From positions 11,211 to 75,210 of the forward strand of contig CAZZKR010000002.1 of NCBI GenBank assembly GCA_964655015.1: a stretch of 64,000 nt of DNA. Direction: 5' to 3'. The notes below the pieces were generated by a model. That model saw nothing but the letters and a program-made list of their open reading frames with translations, did not search any database and was not told the DNA's origin. The DNA comes from an uncultured Nitrososphaeria archaeon. GTDB taxonomy: Archaea; Thermoproteota; Nitrososphaeria_A; Caldarchaeales; Wolframiiraptoraceae. Of this stretch, positions 37,933 to 47,598 are shown piece after piece. How positions within the stretch are numbered: position 1 is the stretch's first letter; each line of letters starts with the position of its first letter. The translations under genes were made by a program, and so were the position numbers.

Positions 37933-39609
37933 TTATCCGAACAGCTCTGCCTTCTTTTCGGGGAAGACCTCGATGAGTCTTAGGTCGAAGAAGTAGCCTA
38001 AAACTGGCACTCCTTCGCCTTTGGCAGCATACCAGTCAATGTAGTAAGAGTAATAGACCCTCCTCTCAACCATGTCGAATACGAACAGTGATGGACAAAG
38101 ATCTACGATGTAGTGCTGTAGCTCGGCATATTTGGCAAACCTTTCATGAATATCGATAGTCGCTACAGCGTCTTCTATCATAGCATCTATCTCAGGGTCA
38201 AGTAACCACTCATTCTGCTCCCATGTGGGCGCAGACTTCGAGTGGTACCTAGACTCTAATATTGAGCCTGCCTCTAAATAGTGCGGGGCGACGAATATCG
38301 AGACTATATGCGGACTTGTCTCCGGTCTTGCCATAGCATCTATCACCGTTAACCATGGCACCTTCACGACTTTGACTTTGATTCCGATCTCTTCCATGTT
38401 CTGGGCAAAGAGTAGAGCAACCTTCTCCTCATCTGGAACCTCGGCTACCCACCAGTATTCAATTTCATATTTGTCGAGCTCAGGATAGTATTTCGACTTC
38501 ATGAGCTCCTCTCTGGCCTTGTCTAAATCCCTCGTGTACTGAGGTACGGTTGGATCGTGCCCCGGAACTACCGCCGCTACAGGACCCCTAGCGGGCTTTG
38601 AACCTACAAATATTTTCTCCACTACGGTATCATAGTCAAAGGCATACGCCATGGCTTTCCTGAAGTGAATATCATCAGTGGGTGCCTTCTTCGTGTGTAT
38701 CATTAAGTAAAACATACCGCCGCTTGGTATGTAAACGAGTTCTGCACCCCTAAGTTTTGCCATCTCAAGAAGGTTTTCATACGGCTGCCACTGGTCTGTT
38801 ATATCAAGCTCGCCCCTTGCAAACATCGTTCTTATTGTAACGGGTTCCGTTGTACCGATGAACTTGACCTCGTCAGGTGCGTTTGGTTTAACGTATCCCC
38901 AGTAATCCTCAAAGCGCTCAAAGATCACGTACTCTTCAAGCTTTACTTCCTTTAACTTATATGGTCCGGAACCCGCATCGTTAGTTAATAACCAAGACTT
39001 TCCGTAATCTCCAAACTCTCCATAAGGACCTGGCGTCTTGATATTCTTCATGACTAGGTCCTTATTCAGTATATATAGCCTTACAAGCGTTGTCAGGAAC
39101 GGACCGAATGTCGTCTTCAGTTTAAACTCGACAGTGTAATCATCTACTGCCCTAACCTCTTCCAAGTATGGCGAAAGCAAGTAGGAATATCCCTCACCAA
39201 TCGTTACGAACCTTTTGGCCGAGAAAACAACATCTTCAGCTGTAAGCTCCGTCCCATCATGGAATTTTACGCCCTTTCTTAAGTAGAACGTCCAAGTGAG
39301 CCCGTCCGGTGAGACCTCCCATCTTTCGGCCAGATGAGGCACCACTTCACCAGTTTTTGTGGGGTAAACAAGCGTGTCATATAAGTTCACGAAGGCGCTC
39401 GAGCTAGCTTCATCCGAGCCTACGGCCGGGTCCAGTGTCGGAACGTTTGCAAACGATATCGTTAGGGTTCGCTTTAATACAGGCGTCGGTGGAGTAGGTG
39501 TTGGTGCAGGTGGCGCGGCAAGGTACCATGCTGCTGCGCCGACTATGGCTATGATAACTATGATTGCAATTACGGCCGCAACAACTGATCTTTTTACCAT
39601 GTTTTTCAC
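37933..39609 (-). CDS. Peptide ABC transporter substrate-binding protein (family 5)
   Basis: N-terminal anchor helix plus a Pro/Thr linker (APPAPTPTPPTP). 558 aa with family-5 SBP-like sequence (FHDGTELTAEDVVFS). Confidence 0.85.
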   Translation of the reverse strand: MKNMVKRSVVAAVIAIIVIIAIVGAAAWYLAAPPAPTPTPPTPVLKRTLTISFANVPTLDPAVGSDEASSSAFVNLYDTLVYPTKTGEVVPHLAERWEVSPDGLTWTFYLRKGVKFHDGTELTAEDVVFSAKRFVTIGEGYSYLLSPYLEEVRAVDDYTVEFKLKTTFGPFLTTLVRLYILNKDLVMKNIKTPGPYGEFGDYGKSWLLTNDAGSGPYKLKEVKLEEYVIFERFEDYWGYVKPNAPDEVKFIGTTEPVTIRTMFARGELDITDQWQPYENLLEMAKLRGAELVYIPSGGMFYLMIHTKKAPTDDIHFRKAMAYAFDYDTVVEKIFVGSKPARGPVAAVVPGHDPTVPQYTRDLDKAREELMKSKYYPELDKYEIEYWWVAEVPDEEKVALLFAQNMEEIGIKVKVVKVPWLTVIDAMARPETSPHIVSIFVAPHYLEAGSILESRYHSKSAPTWEQNEWLLDPEIDAMIEDAVATIDIHERFAKYAELQHYIVDLCPSLFVFDMVERRVYYSYYIDWYAAKGEGVPVLGYFFDLRLIEVFPEKKAELFG

Positions 39610-39750
39610 CTAAAGTTTGTAAATTTGTATCGCTTTTTCATTTATAAGTTTTTTGTAAATTTTTAAGTGAGAAAACTTCTTTTTAGCAACAAAAAATAAA
39701 GGGCAAAAAATTTTAAATACAGTGTAAAGTAAAAAATTGACTGAGGGTAT

Positions 39751-40797
39751 ATGGTTGGAAGATATGAATACGAGTTAGGAAAAGCTGCTGATGTTCTCGT
39801 TCGAGAACTTTTCAAGTTAAAGCCCGGTGAAACGTTCATCATAACTGCGGATACGGAATCCGACCCGAGGGTTGTGGACGCAACAGCCAGGGCCGCCTTC
39901 TCCGTTGGAGCCAAGCCGATGGTCATATGGTTGGCTTCACCGTTGGGGGTTGGAAAGGCAGCTGACCCGATGCTACCACTTAAACCCTTGACGGCCGCGT
40001 TGAAGGAGGCCGATGCATGGGTCGAATTCAACAATCAGTGGCTGCTTTACTCTACACCATGGGACATTGCCATGGAGGAGAACAAGAAGCTAAGGTATCT
40101 CTGCCTCGTCGGTATGGATGTGGACATGATGATAAGATGCATCGGCAGAGTTGACTTTCCAACTTTGAAGGAATTCCAGACGAAGGTTGTGGAGCTGACT
40201 AGGAAAGCCAAAAGGATGAGGATAACCACACCAGCTGGAACCGATGTTTCCTTTGAAAACGACCCAAGCAGGCCAATACTTTTAGAGGTTGGCTATGCCG
40301 ATACGCCGGGACCTCACTTCATGTCTGGTCAAATAGGGTGGTCTCCAATATTTGAAACAATCAACGGAGTGATAGTGTTTGACGGGTCGCTCTCACCACC
40401 AATAGGTTTACTGAAAGAACCAGTTAAGCTCCACGTGAAAGAGGGCAAGATTGTAAAGATCGAAGGGGGCAAAGAGGCAATAGAGTTTGAAGCATGGCTA
40501 AAGAGCTTCGATGACCCGAACATGTTCTACATGGCACACGTATGCTATGGTTTCCATCCAAACGCAAAGCTGACAGGCGCAATCCTAGAGGATGAAAGGG
40601 TCTGGGGATGCACCGAGTGGGGAATCGGTAACGTGGGACCCATGTTGGCACCACCTAAGGGTAGGCCAGCAAAATCCCATACTGACGGAATATGCCTTAA
40701 CTCTTCAGTATGGCTTGATGACGTTCAACTACTCGACAAGGGCAAAGTTGTTCATCCGGAACTCATAGAGTTGGCTAAGAAGTTAGGTAAAGCATAA
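39751..40797 (+). CDS. Aminopeptidase-T-like (M29-related) protein, paralog A
   Basis: LKPGETFIITADTESD opening, like COG2309 proteins. Same length and architecture as the adjacent paralog. The metal-ligand region is less canonical (SHTDGICL). Confidence 0.55.
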   Translation: MVGRYEYELGKAADVLVRELFKLKPGETFIITADTESDPRVVDATARAAFSVGAKPMVIWLASPLGVGKAADPMLPLKPLTAALKEADAWVEFNNQWLLYSTPWDIAMEENKKLRYLCLVGMDVDMMIRCIGRVDFPTLKEFQTKVVELTRKAKRMRITTPAGTDVSFENDPSRPILLEVGYADTPGPHFMSGQIGWSPIFETINGVIVFDGSLSPPIGLLKEPVKLHVKEGKIVKIEGGKEAIEFEAWLKSFDDPNMFYMAHVCYGFHPNAKLTGAILEDERVWGCTEWGIGNVGPMLAPPKGRPAKSHTDGICLNSSVWLDDVQLLDKGKVVHPELIELAKKLGKA

Positions 40798-40831
40798 AAC
40801 AATATCTCTATAATTATTTTTATTTTGGGAG

Positions 40832-41881
40832 GTGATGTATTTGATCGATTTTGAGAAGATTGAGCAAGGCGTTATTAACATGTTTAGGGTCAATATGGGA
40901 GTTAAGCCGGGCGAGAAGATACTGGTCGTTACAGATTTTCCAACAGCAGAAGAGTGGAGAGTAAAATCGAGTGAGAAACTTTTGGATGCGCTTAAGAGAT
41001 CACTCCTAGCCAAGATGGTGAGTGAGATTGCGATGAAGAATTTCCCCGAATGCACTGTTGAATTTTTCGCATACCCATCAGTCGGTAAACACGGAACTTA
41101 TCCAGGAAAGGACGTCGAGGAGAGGATGAAGGCTGCTGACGTCGTTGTTGCAATAACAACATACTCGCTAACGCATACAGATGCACGAGTAAATGCATGT
41201 AAGGCTGGCGCAAGGGTTGCAAGTATGCCGATGTTCCTACCCGAGATGTTCTATCCTGGCGGACCAATGGCAGCAGACTACCAGAAGATTGCTGAGGAAA
41301 CAAAGAAGATTGCTAAGTTGCTTACCGAGGCGAATAAAGCAAACATCAAAACGGAAACTGGCACAGACATAACGTTTAGCTTAGAAGGAAGAGAGGGAAA
41401 AGTAGATGCTGGTATATTTAGAGAGAGGGGCTCATGGGGCAACTTGCCCTCAGGAGAAGCTTACATAGCTCCCTTAGAGGGGACGGCTAACGGTAAGGTC
41501 GTCGTAGAAGTAGGGTGGTACCCAGACCTGAAAGAGGAGATGGTTTTAACCTTTAAGGACGGTTATGTGGTTGAGATCTCTGGCGGCGGTGAAGTGGGTG
41601 ATAGATTCAGGAGTCTTTTGGCCTTGGAAAAAACCGAACAGCCCTATATTTCGAGAAGAAATCTGGCCGAACTTGGTGTAGGAACAAACCCATACGCAAG
41701 ACGTCCGGACAACGTTCTGGAAGCGGAAAAGATAAGGGGCACCGTCCACATCGCGATCGGTGATAACTCGCACATGGGCGGAAAAGTTGAATCCGATATA
41801 CATGAAGACTTCATAATACCGCGTCCGACGTTGACATTGGACGGAAAAGTTGTTATGAAAAACGGAGAGTTATTGATTTAA
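40832..41881 (+). CDS. M29-family aminopeptidase (aminopeptidase T/S-like), paralog B
   Basis: VKPGEKILVVTD opening and the C-terminal ELGVGTNP...EAEKIRGTVHIAIGDN...ESDIHEDFI metal-ligand pattern. Confidence 0.7.
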   Translation: MMYLIDFEKIEQGVINMFRVNMGVKPGEKILVVTDFPTAEEWRVKSSEKLLDALKRSLLAKMVSEIAMKNFPECTVEFFAYPSVGKHGTYPGKDVEERMKAADVVVAITTYSLTHTDARVNACKAGARVASMPMFLPEMFYPGGPMAADYQKIAEETKKIAKLLTEANKANIKTETGTDITFSLEGREGKVDAGIFRERGSWGNLPSGEAYIAPLEGTANGKVVVEVGWYPDLKEEMVLTFKDGYVVEISGGGEVGDRFRSLLALEKTEQPYISRRNLAELGVGTNPYARRPDNVLEAEKIRGTVHIAIGDNSHMGGKVESDIHEDFIIPRPTLTLDGKVVMKNGELLI

Positions 41882-41896
41882 AAACTAAAAACTTTT

Positions 41897-42163
41897 TTAA
41901 ACCTCTAAAACCTCACCATTTCTTTTGTGTATGTGGAGAACAATGGATGATGTAATCGCCTTTATGCCTTCTATTTTTAGTATATTTGTCTTTAAAATTT
42001 CTCTAAACTTTGAGATGGATTCCGTTTCCATTATAGCTATGACATCATAATCTCCACTAACTTCAAATACATCGATTACCTCGGGTATATTGTTTAATAT
42101 TTTACAAACGTGGTCAAGCTTGTTTGACTCCACGTATACGTGAAGAACCACGGTAATTGTCAT
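41897..42163 (-). CDS. Stand-alone Lrp/AsnC ligand-binding (RAM) domain protein
   Basis: 88 aa. VYVESNKLDHVCKILNNIPEVIDVFEVSGDYDVIAIMETES matches the RAM-domain pattern. No HTH present. Confidence 0.7.
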   Translation of the reverse strand: MTITVVLHVYVESNKLDHVCKILNNIPEVIDVFEVSGDYDVIAIMETESISKFREILKTNILKIEGIKAITSSIVLHIHKRNGEVLEV

Positions 42164-42182
42164 TTCCTACCAGAGCAGTATC

Positions 42183-42234
42183 AAAATCAATATGCTTATT
42201 AATATTCCTCAAAATACGTTTAAATATTGATTTT
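42183..42234. promoter_or_regulatory. Perfect 11-bp inverted repeat in the divergent RAM-protein / permease intergenic region
   Basis: AAAATCAATAT (42183-42193) and ATATTGATTTT (42224-42234) are exact reverse complements, 30 nt apart. Confidence 0.3.
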
Positions 42235-42263
42235 ATTTTTGTCAACCGCTAGATTATTCGGAT

Positions 42264-44138
42264 TTGTTGCGAGAAAGAAGAAAAGTCGTTACGTTAAAAA
42301 GAGATATCGGTTGGCTTGGGTCTTTTGCCATCGGTTACGGTGATGTAGGTGCAGATATATTCTTGGCTCTAGGTGTTGTATTCCTCTATGCAGCAGGAGC
42401 AGCACCCTTCGCTTTCATGATCGCTGCCGCTGTCTACGTGCTTGTCGGACTGACATATGCAGAGTTAAGTTCCGTCTATCCCTATGCGGGAGGGAGCCAA
42501 GTCTTCGCCCTCAGGGGGCTCAACAGCTTGTTTGGATTTTTAGCAGGTTGGGCGCTAATGCTAGACTATGTAATATGTATATCGTTGTTCTCTCTTGCTG
42601 CCGCTGGATATCTTAAGTTCCTTTTACCTGAGCTCTATACTTTGAATCTGGGTATATCCCCGCTAGGTTTGATAGCGCTAGTGCTTGTGATGTCTCTTCT
42701 ACTCATCAATTATGTCGGTATAAAATACTCCACAAGCTTCACGACTATGTTGGTCGTGTTTGGTCTGGTAATCGAGGCGATCATACTGCTTCTAGGTTTT
42801 ACACTATTATTTAATACGGAAACCATGTTGCATCAATTGAACATTTTTGGAAATCCCAAAGTCTTATCAGAGGTGGAATATTTCTTCCCCGGGTCGACAC
42901 AATTCAATAATTTTGTCTATGGAATCACAGTAGCTATTGCTAGCTTTATCGGAATAGAATCCATATCGCAAGCGGCAGAGGAAACGAGAAAACCGTACAA
43001 ATGGATACCGAAAGCCGCCAAGCTCACCATATTAGCGGTCATGTTATCTGTTCTTCTGTTCGCATTTTTAGCATCCGGTAGCATGAGTTGGGAAACAATA
43101 GCAATATCTTACGAAAATTCCGTTGCCGTTTTAACTTCAAAATTTCCAGTTATAGGCCCGTCCTTCTCAACAATAGTCGCCATAACCGCATTCATTCTTT
43201 GCTACGCTTCTGCCAATACGGGTGTTATAGGTATCTCTAGGCTCATGGCCAGCATGGGCAAGTTTAGGCTCATGCCTAGATGGTTCTATCACATACATCC
43301 GGTATTTAGAACACCTACAAGGACGTTACTCATTTTCGGATGTATAGGGGCGCTATTAGCTTTGATAGGTGACATTCCCTTCGTGGTCAGCCTATACAAC
43401 TTCGGTGCACTATTGAGCTACATGATTTTGATGGCTAGCTTTATCAGGCTTCGAATGGTTGACCGCGACGTCTACCGTCCTTGGAAAGTACCTTTAAACA
43501 TCAGCCTCAAGTTTAGGGGCAAGGTCGTTGAGCTACCATTAGTAGGACTAATAGGGTTGCCTGCCACGTTTATTCTATGGTTACTCGTGGTAATATTACA
43601 TCCAAACGGGAGGCTGTTTGGTTTTATTTGGGTTGCGATAGGGCTGGCTTTGTATGTATTCTATCGTAAATCACATAAACTTCCGCTGATAAGCAACGAG
43701 GAAGGCTCATGGGTAGTGCCCTCGTCCTACGTTATGGAGGTAGCCGTTTTAGTGGATCCGATGGAGGACTACGAGGCAATCAAAAAGACGATACGTCATT
43801 CATATGACAAGAGGTACAAAATAAGACTTCTAAGCGTTATAAATCACATCGCGGAAAAAGAGCCAAACCTAAAGGAATTGCAGACATCGGTACTAAGCGA
43901 CCTTGAAAAGTTGGCGATCGAGCTTAGAAAGGAAGGCTACGAGGTAACCTATGACATCTTCTTGGGAGACTTCGAAGAAGCGATCAAGCAAGAGATTTCT
44001 GCTTTCAACGTAGATTTTATAATTTACATAAAACCCTCTTTCAAAGAAACACTGGTTGGTAAGCACCGTGAAGAAACCATAAACAGGTTATCGCAAGAAT
44101 ATCCTGGACGGTTTATGATATTAAGAAAAGCAGAATAA
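42264..44138 (+). CDS. APC-family amino-acid permease fused to a C-terminal universal-stress-protein-like domain
   Basis: About 12 TM helices with APC-like sequence (GAGAAPFAF, YAELSSVYPYAGG). The C-terminal 120-aa region is alpha/beta and Usp-like. Confidence 0.78.
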   Translation: MLRERRKVVTLKRDIGWLGSFAIGYGDVGADIFLALGVVFLYAAGAAPFAFMIAAAVYVLVGLTYAELSSVYPYAGGSQVFALRGLNSLFGFLAGWALMLDYVICISLFSLAAAGYLKFLLPELYTLNLGISPLGLIALVLVMSLLLINYVGIKYSTSFTTMLVVFGLVIEAIILLLGFTLLFNTETMLHQLNIFGNPKVLSEVEYFFPGSTQFNNFVYGITVAIASFIGIESISQAAEETRKPYKWIPKAAKLTILAVMLSVLLFAFLASGSMSWETIAISYENSVAVLTSKFPVIGPSFSTIVAITAFILCYASANTGVIGISRLMASMGKFRLMPRWFYHIHPVFRTPTRTLLIFGCIGALLALIGDIPFVVSLYNFGALLSYMILMASFIRLRMVDRDVYRPWKVPLNISLKFRGKVVELPLVGLIGLPATFILWLLVVILHPNGRLFGFIWVAIGLALYVFYRKSHKLPLISNEEGSWVVPSSYVMEVAVLVDPMEDYEAIKKTIRHSYDKRYKIRLLSVINHIAEKEPNLKELQTSVLSDLEKLAIELRKEGYEVTYDIFLGDFEEAIKQEISAFNVDFIIYIKPSFKETLVGKHREETINRLSQEYPGRFMILRKAE

Positions 44139-44243
44139 TTACAGAATTAAATTCGTTGTGTGAACGCTTCTAAGCAGTATGGTTGGAGATTTTAACATAC
44201 CACGCCTCCTAGATCGCTACCGTTTGATTATTAAAAATCAGGT

Positions 44244-44339
44244 TGGCGCCGCGGGTCGGATTCGAACCGACGACCAACGGGTTAACAGCTTCAGCCCCTC
44301 TATAGGGTCCGCTGCTCTACCGAGCTGAGCTACCGCGGC
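44244..44339 (-). tRNA. tRNA-Asn (anticodon GTT), CCA encoded, with a 19-nt intron at a non-canonical position in the anticodon stem
   Basis: The hand fold of the reverse complement gives acceptor GCCGCGG/CCGCGGC and D-arm GCTC-AGCTCGGTA-GAGC. After GCGG a 19-nt insert (ACCCTATAGAGGGGCTGAA) follows. Removing it yields stem GCGGG/CCCGT with loop CTGTTAA. T-arm GTCGG-TTCGAAT-CCGAC, discriminator G, then CCA. Confidence 0.7.
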
Positions 44340-44389
44340 TTAATTGTTAGAATATTATGCAGGACGTTTTAAATTTTTAGTTAAATTTG

Positions 44390-46042
44390 CTAACCCATAG
44401 ATATTGAAACGTATTTTGATTTGTTATAGCTTTCAAGATTCTTTCTTCTTTTAAGGGCGGCCCTTATAAATCCTAGGTATGCCGCCTCAGGTTTCCCTGG
44501 TCTTGAGATAAACTCTGCATGGTATTGGGTTGCTATAAAGTATGGATGGTTCGGTAACTCAATGATCTCAACTCTTCGACCATCTTCGGACATGCCCGAA
44601 AAGATCATGCCTGCACGCGTTAATATATCCCAGTATGCCGGATTGACCTCGTACCTATGACGGTGTCTTTGACGTATTATGCTGGAATTGTAGAGCTTAT
44701 GCGCCAACGTTCCTGGTTTTATGAGAATCTCGAACCCTCCGAGCCTCATCGTGCCCCCTAAGTTTTCAAGATTACGTTGCTCCGGTAAAAGGTCTATAAC
44801 TGGATGCGGTGTATTTGCCGATACTTCCGTGCTGTTAGCGTCCTCAAGACCGCAAACATTTCTCGCATATTCAACGACTGAGAGTTGCATACCAAAGCAT
44901 ATTCCGAGAAACGGTATGCCGTTCTCTCTAGAATACTTGATCGCGTTTATCTTCCCCTCAACACCCCTTTGACCGAATCCGCCCGGTACTAATATTCCAT
45001 CATACCTACTAAGCATGTTTACCCTTTCAGGATTTAGCTCAAACTCTTCTACGTCTATCCAATCTATAATCGCCTTTGCGCCTGCATAAGCTGCTGCATG
45101 TATTAGCGCCTCCCTTACGCTAACGTAAGAATCTGTGAGCTTGGTATACTTGCCACACACGGCAATCCTAACTTCTTCTTTGGCATTCTTCATCGAGGTG
45201 ACTATATCGCTCCACTCCTTTAGCTTTGGCTGTCTCCAGCTAAGGTTAAGCCTGCCGGTTATAAAAACACCCATGCCCTGCTCTTCCAGTATTAGTGGCA
45301 CCTCGTACACGTATTCTACATCGTAGGAGCAAAAAACTGCGCTCTCCGGAAGCGTCCCGAATAAAGCTATCTTACTTCTCGTCGCTCTATCTATCGGCTT
45401 TTCGCATCTTGCCACTATGGCATCCGGTTGTATGCCTATCCTGCGTAGCTCGTTTACGCTATGCTGCAAGGCTTTTGTCTTAAATTCCTCGGTAGCCTTC
45501 AGTATAGGTACCAGAGCTACATGGATGAAAAGTGTGTTCTCGAAACCTTCCTCGAGACGCATTTGTCTAGCAGCCTCTAAAAATGGTTGTCCTTCTATGT
45601 CACCCGCCGTGCCGCCTATTTCAACAATGGCTATATCAACATCATTCCCTTCCGCAACCAACCTTATTCTACGCTTAATCTCATCGGTTATGTGGGGGAC
45701 TATCTGGACACACTTGCCTAAGTAATCCCCGCGTCTTTCTTTGGTAATGACCTCCAAGTAAACCTGTCCTGTCGTGATATTGTTGCGCTTCGAAAGTGTG
45801 ATATCTAGGAACCGTTCATACCATCCTATATCTAAGTCGGTTTCGCCACCATCGTCGGTAACGAAAACTTCACCGTGAGCATACGGGTTCATCGTACCAC
45901 TATCAACATTTAGATAAGGGTCTATCTTGATGGCAGTTACCTTATAACCCCTAGCCTGCAAAATCCTGCCAACAGAAGCCGCGACTATGCCCTTACCAAC
46001 CGACGAGACTACGCCGCCTGTTACGAAGATATATTTCGGCAC
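44390..46042 (-). CDS. pyrG: CTP synthase
   Basis: MPKYIFVTGGVVSSVGKGI N-terminus and glutaminase-domain motifs GICFGMQ and HRHRYEVN. 550 aa. Confidence 0.95.
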   Translation of the reverse strand: MPKYIFVTGGVVSSVGKGIVAASVGRILQARGYKVTAIKIDPYLNVDSGTMNPYAHGEVFVTDDGGETDLDIGWYERFLDITLSKRNNITTGQVYLEVITKERRGDYLGKCVQIVPHITDEIKRRIRLVAEGNDVDIAIVEIGGTAGDIEGQPFLEAARQMRLEEGFENTLFIHVALVPILKATEEFKTKALQHSVNELRRIGIQPDAIVARCEKPIDRATRSKIALFGTLPESAVFCSYDVEYVYEVPLILEEQGMGVFITGRLNLSWRQPKLKEWSDIVTSMKNAKEEVRIAVCGKYTKLTDSYVSVREALIHAAAYAGAKAIIDWIDVEEFELNPERVNMLSRYDGILVPGGFGQRGVEGKINAIKYSRENGIPFLGICFGMQLSVVEYARNVCGLEDANSTEVSANTPHPVIDLLPEQRNLENLGGTMRLGGFEILIKPGTLAHKLYNSSIIRQRHRHRYEVNPAYWDILTRAGMIFSGMSEDGRRVEIIELPNHPYFIATQYHAEFISRPGKPEAAYLGFIRAALKRRKNLESYNKSKYVSISMG

Positions 46043-46145
46043 AAAAATGATACTTTAGAGCTTAATATAAACATTTGTAAAAGGCTCTCGGCGATTTTAC
46101 GAACGTTGCTACTCATAGAAAATTTTTGGCCAGAAAGGTTTAAAA

Positions 46146-46162
46146 GTTAGGCACTACCTAAC
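46146..46162. promoter_or_regulatory. Candidate operator palindrome upstream of the DtxR/MntR-family gene
   Basis: GTTAGG-CACTA-CCTAAC is a perfect 6-bp inverted repeat. It lies between a TTTAAAA TATA-like box (about 46137-46143) and the GTG start at 46169. Confidence 0.35.
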
Positions 46163-46168
46163 ATAGTC

Positions 46169-46603
46169 GTGCCTAGAAATCTTAGCAGGATTGAATCCTG
46201 CTATCTCAAACGCATATACACATCAACCGTCGAGGACGGAAGGCAGATTACGAGCGGCGATCTTGCTAAGATGTTTAACGTTAAAACGCCCTCGGCAATA
46301 GACGTTTTGAACAAATTAGAGAAGAAGATGTACATCAAGAAAGAAAAGTACGGACACATCACATTGACCCAAGCGGGCTATAGGGTTGCGGTCGAGCTAT
46401 TACACGCCCACAGGGTCTTTGAAGTTTTTCTTGTTGAGACCCTCAAAATGAAGTCAAATGAAGCGTGCGAGGTAGCGGATTATGTGGATCATGTACTCGA
46501 TAAGGAGGTAATAACTAGGCTTTGTGCCTACCTCAATAAACCCGAGAAGTGTTGTCACAACCGTACCATAATCCATGTAGGGTGCGAGGCGAGGAGAAAA
46601 TGA
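46169..46603 (+). CDS. DtxR/MntR-family metal-dependent transcriptional repressor
   Basis: N-terminal wHTH plus a dimerisation/metal-binding helix region (HRVFEVFLVETL...EACEVADYVDH). The stop overlaps the next ATG (ATGA). Confidence 0.78.
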   Translation: MPRNLSRIESCYLKRIYTSTVEDGRQITSGDLAKMFNVKTPSAIDVLNKLEKKMYIKKEKYGHITLTQAGYRVAVELLHAHRVFEVFLVETLKMKSNEACEVADYVDHVLDKEVITRLCAYLNKPEKCCHNRTIIHVGCEARRK

Positions 46604-47598
46604 ATCTGAAACCCGCGTTTTTAATGTTCCTTATATTGGCCCTGCTCCTCTCAGCACAGCTTACTGTTAACGCGACCGCAAAATTGATTGTTGTGGTGTC
46701 TACGCCGACGTTAGTACCACTAGTCAAGTCGGCTGCTGGAGATTACGTTGAAGTCATAAGCGTGGTGCCGTTTGGGACAGACCCGCATGAGTACCAACTC
46801 GTTCCCAAGGATTTGGAAAAAGTATCTAACTCGGACCTGCTAATCATTACAGGACATTTCAAATGGGAGGAGGAACTCGCATCGTTCGTAAATCGTGGTT
46901 CAATCTTAAAACTACACGAAGCGTTAGGTGGAAAGCTGAGATTGCTTAACCTTCCAAATGGTGACATAAATTTACACGAATGGTGGCTTTTGCCGCATAA
47001 CGCCAAGCTCGCCATAAGAGAGATAGCGTCCAGATTAGCGGCGATAGATAGCTACAACGCCAAGATTTACGCGAGTCTTGCCGAAAAATCCGTAGAATCT
47101 ATAGACAATGTCTTAGCTGAGGCTGAGAGAACGTTAAGTGAAAAAGGCTTTACCGGCAACGTCGCAATCTGCTCAACACCAATCGAGCAATATCTACTCG
47201 AAGGGTTTGGTATGCGTTGCATGCTTGTATTGGAAGAAGAGGAGTTGACCGGTGTAAAGCCCCTAACCCTTGAGAAAGCAAGAACGATGCTCGCCGATAA
47301 CTCTCTCAAAGTAATTGTGTTAGCTGACATCAGCGAAGGTACTAGTGGGGCAGATGCTGCAAAGAAGCTTGCTGAAGAGACGAACACGTACCTCCTAAAG
47401 CTCATTGTGATGTCAAAAAATGACTGGGATTACGAGACGCTTCTTGCGTATAATGCGGGATTAATTAGTAGTGTGCCTGGTATATCAAGGACGAACTCCG
47501 GAACGAGTACGCTCATGAGCATATTGGTCTCGGTATTATCCGTAGTTGTCGTACTCGAGGCAATATTCATACTAAGGTTAAGGGTGAAGAGGTCATGA
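46600..47598 (+). CDS. Metal (Zn/Mn/Fe) ABC transporter substrate-binding protein (TroA/ZnuA cluster 9)
   Basis: Start placed at MNLKPAFLMFLILALLL (signal/anchor). DPHEY and NLHEWW metal-ligand motifs and a C-terminal TM helix. Confidence 0.72.
   Translation: MNLKPAFLMFLILALLLSAQLTVNATAKLIVVVSTPTLVPLVKSAAGDYVEVISVVPFGTDPHEYQLVPKDLEKVSNSDLLIITGHFKWEEELASFVNRGSILKLHEALGGKLRLLNLPNGDINLHEWWLLPHNAKLAIREIASRLAAIDSYNAKIYASLAEKSVESIDNVLAEAERTLSEKGFTGNVAICSTPIEQYLLEGFGMRCMLVLEEEELTGVKPLTLEKARTMLADNSLKVIVLADISEGTSGADAAKKLAEETNTYLLKLIVMSKNDWDYETLLAYNAGLISSVPGISRTNSGTSTLMSILVSVLSVVVVLEAIFILRLRVKRS

Noticed and set aside
39616-39662. Direct repeat TTTGTAAATTT (39616-39626 and 39652-39662) in the divergent oppA/aminopeptidase intergenic region.
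   Set aside because: It is an 11-mer made almost entirely of A/T in a very AT-rich promoter region, so chance recurrence is plausible. I kept it only as a note.
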